DNA from: a virus
Lineage: Duplodnaviria > Caudoviricetes
IMG/VR virus record: IMGVR_UViG_3300025000_000057
Length of the DNA: 64,000 bases
Strand: one strand, 5' to 3'
Position numbers and translations under genes: made by a program. Below, in pieces: positions 6,778-14,639 of the stretch; positions within the stretch are counted from its first letter, which is position 1; each line of letters opens with the position of its first letter. Under the pieces are notes generated by a model. That model made no database searches. It had not been told where the DNA came from and saw only the letters and a list, made by a program, of their open reading frames with translations.

Positions 6778-6920
6778 GAGCCTTATTAATAAGGCAGGAT
6801 TGACTACACCTTGAAGTAGTTGGGTTTCGGGCTGTACCCGGCATCGATAAGTATGTCAAAACAGTACTAACTTAGTGCTTCGACACTTTGACCGGGTCTT
6901 CCTATCTCCCCGGTCATTGT

Positions 6921-6997
6921 CGGGATGTGGCCTAGCTTGGTAAGGCGCCTGTTTTGGGAACAGGAAATCGGGGGTTCAAATCCCTCCATCCCGACCA
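6921..6997 (+). tRNA. trnP: tRNA-Pro (UGG)
   Basis: C1-G72, A73, loop TTTGGGA, CCA. Confidence 0.95.
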
Positions 6998-7063
6998 TAA
7001 TAATCTTTTATCCAAGACTGTAGTATTTTACTATAGTCTTTATTTTATAAAGGAGGTGATACT

Positions 7064-7486
7064 ATGAAATGGGTACCAGGCCCTGTTATGCAAGACTGGC
7101 TATTTGCTCTAACATTAAAAGAGCAGACAGTTCTTTTACTAAGTCTAAGGGGGTCGGATATAGGAGCTACAGTAGAGGTTAAATCATTAACCAGGTGGAT
7201 ACGTTCTATCGTTTTAAGAAATGCGGCACCGGATAAGACATTCATGAAACGTACTTATTTTGGTAGGATAATAGATATGGCAGAGGCTAATCCTCCTGCA
7301 TTTGATATGTTATCTGTACACGTATTCGGTCATCTGATGCATGCATTTGAAATAATAGGGTACAAGCACCCGGATACCGTCGTCCGGGCAAAGGCATTAC
7401 AAGCATATTTAGATCTTTGCGAGTACATGCATGTTAATCCGGAAACCGAAGTAGAGATGTCCGCTAGACTAAGTGACGAGGTGTAA
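7064..7486 (+). CDS. Hypothetical phage protein (140 aa)
   Basis: AAAGGAGGTGA SD and ATG. Confidence 0.85.
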   Translation: MKWVPGPVMQDWLFALTLKEQTVLLLSLRGSDIGATVEVKSLTRWIRSIVLRNAAPDKTFMKRTYFGRIIDMAEANPPAFDMLSVHVFGHLMHAFEIIGYKHPDTVVRAKALQAYLDLCEYMHVNPETEVEMSARLSDEV

Positions 7487-7490
7487 TAAC

Positions 7491-7784
7491 ATGAGAGATA
7501 TAAAGGAAATAGAAGAGGACATAAGAAGTAGGCAACAATGTATTAATAAATTAAATAAAGAAATCATCGTATTTCAAAGAGAACTTCTTGAGACTAAGAC
7601 AGGTTTTAAACCTGATGATATAGTAGAAGATCGCGAAGGACGTCGTGGCGCTCTTTGTCATTGCGAAGGTTACACTCCTTCTTCTTGGTATTGGAGGAGA
7701 TTTAAAAAGGACGGAACCCTTTATAAATCTGTCGAGTATCTACCTCCGAATGTAATCTTGATAGAAAAGAAAGGACGAGAGTAG
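7491..7784 (+). CDS. Hypothetical protein (97 aa)
   Basis: ATG at 7491 behind GAGGTG. Confidence 0.8.
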   Translation: MRDIKEIEEDIRSRQQCINKLNKEIIVFQRELLETKTGFKPDDIVEDREGRRGALCHCEGYTPSSWYWRRFKKDGTLYKSVEYLPPNVILIEKKGRE

Positions 7785-8645
7785 ATGTGTAAACCGTTTA
7801 TCAAATGCTTAGGAGGAAAGGGTAGTATAACAGATGAGTTAATGCAGAGAATGCCTGCAGCGTATAATAGATACGCTGAACCTTTTGTAGGTGGCGGCGC
7901 ATTATACTTTAAACTCCATTCGCTTGGTCTTATGAATGGCAAACATGCTATCTTGATAGATGGTAATAAAGACACCGCTATTTGCTACATGGCTATTAAA
8001 ACGAATCCTGGTGGTGTATTGCAAGAGATAAGGAACCTACTTGCCAGATATCCATTTAACAAGCATCCAGGCGACCATATTACCGAAGGTAACTATTACA
8101 AGGTAAGAGAATTCGATAGAGACTCTGGATGGAATCCCTCGCCAGAGGAACGGGCCGCTCGGTACATATACTTAAATAAGACTTGCTTTAATGGGTTGAG
8201 CCGCTATAATAAAAAGGGGCAATTTAACGCTCCTATAGGTAACTATAAGAATCCAATCATCTACGACTCATTACTCATTACGTCTGTAGCATCTACTCTT
8301 AAAGGACAAGTCATTATCCATGGAGACTTCGAATTGGTAGAGCCGTATATATCAGCAGGAGACTTTATATATTTCGATCCTCCATATAAGCCTATCTCTG
8401 ATACGGCAAAATTCACAGAGTACACAGACAAGGGCTTTCCTGATACAGAGCATATCAGACTTAAGAATCTAATCGATAGACTGACTGCAAAGGATGTCTT
8501 TTGTATGTGCAGTAACTCTGCACATACGGATATAAAAACATTGTTTCAAGGATATAAGATCGATACAGTACACGTACGAAGGAATGTTAACTCTAAAGGT
8601 ACCGGCCGATCTGAAGTTCCTGAATATATAATCATGAATTATTAA
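7785..8645 (+). CDS. dam: Dam-family (D12 class) N6-adenine DNA methyltransferase
   Basis: KPFIKCLGGK, EPFVGGGA (motif I), YLNKTCFNGL.RYNKKGQFNAP, FIYFDPPY (motif IV). Confidence 0.93.
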   Translation: MCKPFIKCLGGKGSITDELMQRMPAAYNRYAEPFVGGGALYFKLHSLGLMNGKHAILIDGNKDTAICYMAIKTNPGGVLQEIRNLLARYPFNKHPGDHITEGNYYKVREFDRDSGWNPSPEERAARYIYLNKTCFNGLSRYNKKGQFNAPIGNYKNPIIYDSLLITSVASTLKGQVIIHGDFELVEPYISAGDFIYFDPPYKPISDTAKFTEYTDKGFPDTEHIRLKNLIDRLTAKDVFCMCSNSAHTDIKTLFQGYKIDTVHVRRNVNSKGTGRSEVPEYIIMNY

Positions 8646-8659
8646 AAAGAGGTGATACT

Positions 8660-8992
8660 ATGATCGAGTACGCTATATTTATATGGACAAGATTTATCGA
8701 TCTTACCTGGTGGCAAATGATTCTATGGATATGTTATCTGTTTTACTTTGGGGTAAGGGCTCGCGATTTCTGGATAGAGACAAGAGAAGGAGGCTTAATA
8801 AAGGGATACAGGCATGTGATGTTTGGATGTGATAAATACTTCAGGGTATATCATATTTTTAGAATCGTATTTGATATACCACCGGCAATTATAGGGTTAT
8901 TCTTTCCTATACTGCGTAAGGTATTCTCGTATAAGATTTATACATTTAAGAATGATCCTAAGAATAACTTCAATAGTAATAGTGATTTATGA
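8660..8992 (+). CDS. Hypothetical membrane protein (110 aa)
   Basis: GAGGTGA SD; two hydrophobic segments. Confidence 0.8.
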   Translation: MIEYAIFIWTRFIDLTWWQMILWICYLFYFGVRARDFWIETREGGLIKGYRHVMFGCDKYFRVYHIFRIVFDIPPAIIGLFFPILRKVFSYKIYTFKNDPKNNFNSNSDL

Positions 8993-9150
8993 ATAATGTA
9001 GTCGATGTGTTTAGAAATCATGAAGGATATTACATTCTTTTCAAGAGTGGTAGACTACGTAAAGCACCTAAATGGTATTACGATAGAGCTGCTGCTCACG
9101 TTAGGGAAAGACTATTTAAGCAGAGAATAAAAAGCGAAAGGAAACGGTGA
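8989..9150 (+). CDS. Small basic hypothetical protein (53 aa)
   Basis: ATGA overlap with previous stop; open to TGA at 9150. Confidence 0.55.
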   Translation: MNNVVDVFRNHEGYYILFKSGRLRKAPKWYYDRAAAHVRERLFKQRIKSERKR

Positions 9151-9172
9151 TACTAACACATGAGTAGCACTT

Positions 9173-9283
9173 ATGAATACTAAGACATGGATTATACTAA
9201 CTGTAATAGCAATTGTAACTGGATTAATAACCGGTTACTATATGTTCGATGATTTTTGGGACAATATTAAAGTTAATGAGTAA
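9173..9283 (+). CDS. Small membrane peptide (36 aa)
   Basis: MNTKTWIILTVIAIVTGLITGYYMF; ends at the terminator. Confidence 0.45.
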   Translation: MNTKTWIILTVIAIVTGLITGYYMFDDFWDNIKVNE

Positions 9284-9310
9284 AGACGGGAGCAATTAAG
9301 CCCCGTCTTT
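9283..9310. terminator. Likely bidirectional terminator at the strand switch
   Basis: AAGACGGG...CCCGTCTT hairpin between converging genes. Confidence 0.65.
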
Positions 9311-10207
9311 CGTATTGAATAACTGTATTTTTCCTTCGGTACTACTCTCGATCCATTCGTCTGTAAATCCATTCTCGTAAGAGGTAAAGAACCAGACTAC
9401 ATTTGTTTCCGCACATAACGCAGAAAGCTCTTCAGTACGTTTCCATGTTGTTGTAGTACATAATACGATCGGGAATTGTAACTCACTGTCTTTCTGCCAA
9501 TGCCGGCTATCAAAATACAATTGATACCTGGCTATTTTCTCCTTCCACTGCTTTAAAGACATCGTTCCTCTATCGTGCTCGTAAAAGAAATGGAACCCAT
9601 CTTCTTTATTAAACCAGTACTGACAATACCCATCCGGCTCTAACCTATAATTAAGTTCATCCATTTCAAACGATACATAATTATGATGCTCTACCTTCCA
9701 CACTCCAGGGAGATGGCCCGCTACCTTAGCGTTATTGACCAGCCATTCTCTGAAGCTATTAATCTCTATAATATGGGCTAAGTAAGGTATTTGTACATCA
9801 TTCCTTTCTTTCTTCCACTTTAATTCTTTCATAGTACATCCCCACCATCCTGCTAGTATCATAGCCCCTATAACATCAAGTGTTACATACTGTGGAGAAC
9901 TCCCCTTATTTAACCCAGGGTCTACAAAGAATCGGTCAATTATATGCCACCGGTAATATTGTTTAAGCCTCCGCCTAGCTATGATGTCTGCGATCTTATT
10001 CGGGTTACCATTAGAGTCTATACCAAAGAATTCACTACCCAGGTGTCTTGGTATCACACATTTGCGGTAATATACCGCCTCCAGAACCTTCAAATCCCGG
10101 GGTTGAAGTACTCGACTTTTTAATAGCTCCTGGTATAGCCTTAAGGGATCCTCTAGGTTTATCCTTTCGTACTTTGATATTTTGCGGTTGCTTTTGAATG
10201 GTAGCAT
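9296..10207 (-). CDS. Replication-relaxation (Replic_Relax) family protein
   Basis: N-terminal wHTH-like RDLKVLEAV...ARRRLKQY, then LAHIIEIN, LEPDGY and FYEHDRGTM motifs. Confidence 0.85.
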   Translation of the reverse strand: MLPFKSNRKISKYERINLEDPLRLYQELLKSRVLQPRDLKVLEAVYYRKCVIPRHLGSEFFGIDSNGNPNKIADIIARRRLKQYYRWHIIDRFFVDPGLNKGSSPQYVTLDVIGAMILAGWWGCTMKELKWKKERNDVQIPYLAHIIEINSFREWLVNNAKVAGHLPGVWKVEHHNYVSFEMDELNYRLEPDGYCQYWFNKEDGFHFFYEHDRGTMSLKQWKEKIARYQLYFDSRHWQKDSELQFPIVLCTTTTWKRTEELSALCAETNVVWFFTSYENGFTDEWIESSTEGKIQLFNTKDGA

Positions 10208-12647
10208 CTGTTACCGTATCCTCCTTGGTAGTCTTGTATCTTGCTTCTATATCTCTAAAGCACTGCATAATTGACACATGATCTCTTGTATGGAGTTTAT
10301 TAATAGTTTCAGTAACCTTTCCGTAATCCTTAAACAGTTTCCAATATAAAGGAGTATAGAAGGTGAAGGGTTCGGGTGATAATTTCTTCATCCTACAAAC
10401 TCCTTCAAGTCCTTCGTTTATATCACAAGTAAAGCTCGTCATATCCTGAGATTCAAAGCCCGGAAACATCTTGGAGATAACCGGGGCCGAAGCGTCTCCA
10501 ATATTCATAGCGACCTGTGTAAATGTATTATCAGCAATAATATCAAATATCCTATCCGGCAACTGGCTTTTAGCCTGGTGAGTTAAGATAAGACCATTAC
10601 CACATTCACGAGCCATAGCTAGGAGTCTTTCAAACTCAACAGGATCTTTAGCAAATTCCTCGAATTCGTCTAGGATAGTAACATGAGTCTCTCTGTCATT
10701 CTCGTGCCGACCATCTTTTAACCTTTTAAAGGTATCTTGCCGTATCATAGTCATTAACATAGTGGCAAAGAGCCTTTGAATTTCAGGAGTATTAGTCCCT
10801 ATATTGAGATTGATTAATACAATCTTCTTCTCATTCATAAATCTCTCCCAATTTAAAACGTTACTTCTTTGAGAGAGCATCATACGAGGTCTAGTACTTT
10901 GCATAATCTTCTCTAACTTATTAATAATCGGCTGAGCATCCGGGTCATCATAAGCATTTTTCTTCCCTACGAACTTCTTCCAGTACTCATAAACTTCTGT
11001 GTACTTCCCCTGTTGGTATAACCTCTCTAGATCTTCTAATCTTCTTCTACGATAATTACTATCAGTAAACATTCGGTATACTTCCATTATGGTACCATTC
11101 TTATCATTGACGGAAACGGCTAACACAGCCTGTCGCAGTACCTTCTGACTTCGAGCTTGAATGGATTTCTCTCCAAAGGCACTAATGAATATATCCACAA
11201 TTAGGTTTGCTAAATCATATGGTGGCATACTTACAGCCATGATATTCATTGGTATAAAGAAATCATCACTAGAGAGGTCTACGTATACGACACGCTCTCT
11301 TTCACTCTTATTTAGATACCCTATAAATCTATCCAAAGTGGTACCCTTAACATCAAAGAATGTAAGTCCGGCTTTTTTAATAACAGCAAGAGCCATGGAT
11401 ATTAACATAGTACTCTTACCAGCACCGGTACCTCCTATAATATAAGCATGTTGTCTTAGCATCTTTACATCTCTAAAGGCAAGCCATTTAGTTCTACCCC
11501 TAAATGTAGAGTATCCAAATGGTATTGCATTATCGTTAATGGCATCCCAGAATGTTTTGTATGTCAGGACTTCTTCTGGAACGGGTAGTTTCTTACTCTT
11601 GAGTCTTTCCACATAGGGTACTCTTTTATCCGGGAAGTGTACAAAATAAGCAAGTTCATTACTTGATAAAAGGTTCTCTGTTACATAAGGAGGTATCTTT
11701 CTTTTACAGAAGTTATCAATCCATTTATTCGTAGGTTTTACCTTATTTACTATAAAGCTATTACCATCACTTATTGTGGCAAAAGCGCTGGCCATAGTAG
11801 ATAAGTTACTCATAGCTACAGCATCGTTACTAGCTATGGCTATAATGCGAATATGGGTATCAAATAGTATCCCGCTGTTAATCTTATCTTTCATCTTTTT
11901 AATATCTATGTTACTGTACTTGGGTGCTGGTATATTCTTAGTACCTAGTATGTAAATTGCATTTCCTAGTGTTAGTATAGGCCCGAATACCTCTGTAATC
12001 ATCTTAAGGTTACTGTTTAATTTAAGAGGTTCGCTATGGGTTTTTGCATAGTTATTGAGATAGAATTTACCTTTCTCAATATATCTACCGGATACCGGTC
12101 TTGTTAAAATCTGTACTATCACCTCGCAACCTGATGCTAAATTTGTACCTGCGGATATTATATTAGTTACAGGGTCTCCAGGCATCTTCTCTCCACGAAT
12201 CATCTCTATATTGAAGATATAGTTCTTTGCTAATTCAAGTTCGATTGCTTTAACCGACCGCCCTTTGAATCTATCCAGAGTTAACGGATCTTTAATAGGT
12301 TTTAACTCAGCAGCTTTATGCACGGCATTTAAGGTTCGCTGCATAGTATTATCCAGTCTACGAGGGTACCATTGAATCATCTTAGCTTTATGCTCTGAGA
12401 AATGGAATTCAGTAGAGAAATGCATTGGCACCTCGCATCTACCAAGTACGCCTAAAGAATCCCAGTAATTCTTTAAGGCTTGCGCCCCTAACTCTGAATT
12501 CCTTTCGACCAATACCTGCCTTGTAACTCCGGTGGTTAATACGTCGTCCATTTGTTTTCCAACCATATAATCTCTGATAGCTTTAATGCCGGCACTGGTA
12601 GTAATAGTTGCTCCTAATACTCCTCCTATGATTAAACTTACTCCCAT
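10035..12647 (-). CDS. VirD4/TraG-like type IV coupling-protein ATPase (870 aa)
   Basis: N-terminal TM helix, HAYIIGGTGAGKST Walker A, FFDVKG, ILDEFEEF Walker B, ARECGNGLILTHQ..SQL. Confidence 0.88.
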   Translation of the reverse strand: MGVSLIIGGVLGATITTSAGIKAIRDYMVGKQMDDVLTTGVTRQVLVERNSELGAQALKNYWDSLGVLGRCEVPMHFSTEFHFSEHKAKMIQWYPRRLDNTMQRTLNAVHKAAELKPIKDPLTLDRFKGRSVKAIELELAKNYIFNIEMIRGEKMPGDPVTNIISAGTNLASGCEVIVQILTRPVSGRYIEKGKFYLNNYAKTHSEPLKLNSNLKMITEVFGPILTLGNAIYILGTKNIPAPKYSNIDIKKMKDKINSGILFDTHIRIIAIASNDAVAMSNLSTMASAFATISDGNSFIVNKVKPTNKWIDNFCKRKIPPYVTENLLSSNELAYFVHFPDKRVPYVERLKSKKLPVPEEVLTYKTFWDAINDNAIPFGYSTFRGRTKWLAFRDVKMLRQHAYIIGGTGAGKSTMLISMALAVIKKAGLTFFDVKGTTLDRFIGYLNKSERERVVYVDLSSDDFFIPMNIMAVSMPPYDLANLIVDIFISAFGEKSIQARSQKVLRQAVLAVSVNDKNGTIMEVYRMFTDSNYRRRRLEDLERLYQQGKYTEVYEYWKKFVGKKNAYDDPDAQPIINKLEKIMQSTRPRMMLSQRSNVLNWERFMNEKKIVLINLNIGTNTPEIQRLFATMLMTMIRQDTFKRLKDGRHENDRETHVTILDEFEEFAKDPVEFERLLAMARECGNGLILTHQAKSQLPDRIFDIIADNTFTQVAMNIGDASAPVISKMFPGFESQDMTSFTCDINEGLEGVCRMKKLSPEPFTFYTPLYWKLFKDYGKVTETINKLHTRDHVSIMQCFRDIEARYKTTKEDTVTDATIQKQPQNIKVRKDKPRGSLKAIPGAIKKSSTSTPGFEGSGGGILPQMCDTKTPG

Positions 12648-13042
12648 TAGTACATCCCCGCAAAGTCCATTACTTTATTAACAACACCTCCAGCTAAGTC
12701 ACAGATAAGTCCTACGCATACCATAGTACCAATAAAGACTAGAAGCCTAGCTACGTTGCCATAACCGATGGTAGAGGCTATGGTAGCAGTAATTCCGCCT
12801 ACAATAGCTATCAAAAGAACCTCTATAATGATAAATCCAGGGCCTCCAATTCCGAAGGTAGCGGCCGCCGCAGCAGCTTTAGTACTACCGCTTATCGCTG
12901 CCATGACAGGTGCCGGTGTTGTTAACTTTACAGCCTCTACAGCTACAAAAGCCATTGCACAGAATCTACGGAGAGATTTAAGCTCTTCAACTTTCTTCAC
13001 GTTGGGTTTAGGCTTTCTCACATTACATACTATCATTCTCAT
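12647..13042 (-). CDS. Membrane protein, SpoIIIAC/AD- or VirB2-pilin-like C-terminal two-TM hairpin
   Basis: ATG at 13042 behind AAAGGAG; signal-like segment plus two TM helices. Confidence 0.7.
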   Translation of the reverse strand: MRMIVCNVRKPKPNVKKVEELKSLRRFCAMAFVAVEAVKLTTPAPVMAAISGSTKAAAAAATFGIGGPGFIIIEVLLIAIVGGITATIASTIGYGNVARLLVFIGTMVCVGLICDLAGGVVNKVMDFAGMY

Positions 13043-13043
13043 A

Positions 13044-13358
13044 TTACAGTCTCCTTTCATTTAAACTCTGTTTTACATACTCTTCTTCCTCACTGTTTTT
13101 AATCATCTGGCCCCATTCATTATGCAGCTCTACTTCTTTAACCTTCCCATCTTTAACGATAGCCCAGAAAATCTCTTTTCCTATACCACCTCTTACAATT
13201 TTCCCACGGTAATCTTCTTGCATAACCTGCACTCTCTTTAGTAAATCTCCATTTCCCTGGCTACTTGCGGGAATCTGACCACTACTAGAGCAGTGAGAGC
13301 CAAGAAAAGCTCCGACCCCTAAGATTACAACACCCTTGATAAGCCATAGCGGAATGAT
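13044..13358 (-). CDS. Small protein with N-terminal hydrophobic anchor; non-canonical start (ATC 13358 or ATT 13355)
   Basis: The track ORF 13044..13232 extends upstream without stop to IIPLWLIKGVVILGVGAFLG, directly after a GGAGGTG SD. Confidence 0.7.
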   Translation of the reverse strand: MIPLWLIKGVVILGVGAFLGSHCSSSGQIPASSQGNGDLLKRVQVMQEDYRGKIVRGGIGKEIFWAIVKDGKVKEVELHNEWGQMIKNSEEEEYVKQSLNERRL

Positions 13359-13406
13359 AAATCAACACCTCCTATAAATATACTATAGGATACCGCTGTT
13401 CTTGCG

Positions 13407-13413
13407 TAGTATG
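13407..13413 (-). promoter_or_regulatory. CATACTA sporulation-sigma-type -10 element upstream of the coupling-protein operon
   Basis: Matches B. subtilis sigma-G -10 consensus CATAHTA; no convincing -35. Confidence 0.35.
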
Positions 13414-13474
13414 AGGAACAGAGGCTACAAGATTAGTAATAACGATGATTGTCAAAACGATAACGATGATACCT

Positions 13475-13693
13475 TTAATTAACGATTTCACTCCCCTTTT
13501 GTTCACCTCTATTTACCTCCTTGATACCTTCTTTAATCTCTTCAACCTCAGCCTGTAGTGCATCTAAGTATATGATTAACCTATTGCCGCTAGTAGCATT
13601 TATCTTGGTAGGTTTGCTACACTCTTCACGAAACTTTCGCATAGTCTTCATAGCCATGTCTAAGTTCTTTTCAAAGCATTGAATATAATCCAT
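13475..13693 (-). CDS. Small coiled-coil hypothetical protein (72 aa)
   Basis: GGAGG SD and ATG. Confidence 0.8.
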   Translation of the reverse strand: MDYIQCFEKNLDMAMKTMRKFREECSKPTKINATSGNRLIIYLDALQAEVEEIKEGIKEVNRGEQKGSEIVN

Positions 13694-13820
13694 TTAGTTA
13701 AACCTCCTATAAGGTATTCGTTAACACATATAAGACAACAACACCGGATTAACTGGCGTCACAAAGATACACTACATCTATTCATAATAAGATCTAGACT
13801 ACCGATACCGGTTTGTTAAT

Positions 13821-13848
13821 ATATATGCTAACATAGGTTTATTTATCT
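13821..13848 (-). promoter_or_regulatory. Possible sigma-E-like promoter
   Basis: AGATAAA-14 bp-CATATAT on the - strand; AT-rich context weakens the call. Confidence 0.3.
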
Positions 13849-13905
13849 AGTTTATTTTATATACCAAGTAAATAGTGCCTATAAAGAAAAGAAAACCCTC
13901 TTAAG

Positions 13906-14214
13906 TTAAGAGGGTTTTATATATTCCATGAACCTATGAGTAAACTTACTGAATTTAAGATGCCTATCCAGAGCCAGGTGAGATAGGTACCCTAAACCCA
14001 GTGGAAACGAAATAACCATTAGAATTAAAGCTACATCAATCGTATGAAGGAATCCACGATGTTTGGTAAATAACCACATTGGTAGAAACCGTCCAACATA
14101 ACTATTACGACAATCAGCATCCGGGAGAAGGCTACCGATTGCAACTAGGACAGTATCTAATCCCGATAATTTACCAAGCACGACTCCAGCAATTAAATGC
14201 GTTATTCCACTCGT
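13906..14214 (-). CDS. YdjM-like membrane-bound metal-dependent hydrolase; apparent ACG start
   Basis: (T)SGITHLIAG, GSLLPDAD, HRGFLH, GYLSHLALD motifs; GGAGAGGTGA SD 6 nt before ACG at 14214. Confidence 0.85.
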   Translation of the reverse strand, partial: TSGITHLIAGVVLGKLSGLDTVLVAIGSLLPDADCRNSYVGRFLPMWLFTKHRGFLHTIDVALILMVISFPLGLGYLSHLALDRHLKFSKFTHRFMEYIKPS

Positions 14215-14241
14215 CTAGCATCACCTCTCCCCCCTTGTCTA

Positions 14242-14270
14242 ATAGTATGTACTATGTGACATGGTTTATA
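14242..14270 (-). promoter_or_regulatory. Sigma-G-like (forespore) promoter
   Basis: GTATA-17 bp-CATACTA on the - strand, about 28 nt upstream of the hydrolase start. Confidence 0.55.
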
Positions 14271-14290
14271 CCTATTTTCTATAAATATTA

Positions 14291-14307
14291 TACGACATTA
14301 TACGACA
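14291..14307 (-). promoter_or_regulatory. Tandem Spo0A-box-like sites
   Basis: TGTCGTA-TAA-TGTCGTA on the - strand; each 6/7 to TGNCGAA, 10-bp period. Confidence 0.5.
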
Positions 14308-14363
14308 TTTTGTGTAGGTTTAATAATATGTAATATATGACATTAAATAAGCGGATTGCCCGC

Positions 14364-14639
14364 TTATTTAATGTCAAGCTTTGTAGGTTCTGATGTAATA
14401 CTGGTATTGCCTCTCTTATCGACTGCTGTAACAATAAAGTAATAACAGCCATAGCGTAGCTCTGGAGTTGTAAACTTAGTACTTGTAATAAGATTCTTAT
14501 TTAAGTTTGTGTACGGGCCTTCCTGCCGATTAGATACCAGTATGTTATATCCGGCTAAGTCAGTTGCTCTACTAGGCTTCCATGTTATTTCAGCACCCTG
14601 GCTATTCAAGGCTACATAAGAAGATGCAGCCGTATACAT
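14364..14639 (-). CDS. Single fibronectin type III domain protein (91 aa)
   Basis: ITWKPS...LAGYNIL...YYFIVTAVDKRGNTS FN3 pattern; TAATG coupling to upstream gene. Confidence 0.8.
   Translation of the reverse strand: MYTAASSYVALNSQGAEITWKPSRATDLAGYNILVSNRQEGPYTNLNKNLITSTKFTTPELRYGCYYFIVTAVDKRGNTSITSEPTKLDIK

Noticed and set aside
3711-6885. Isolated perfect Spo0A boxes at 3711-3717 and 6879-6885
   Set aside because: Single 7-mers are expected by chance in 64 kb; not reported without a tandem partner or promoter context.
6780-6920. Hairpins between tRNA-Ile2 and tRNA-Pro, including the 16-bp palindrome at 6780-6795
   Set aside because: Single copy, no covariation evidence; may be ordinary processing or terminator stems.
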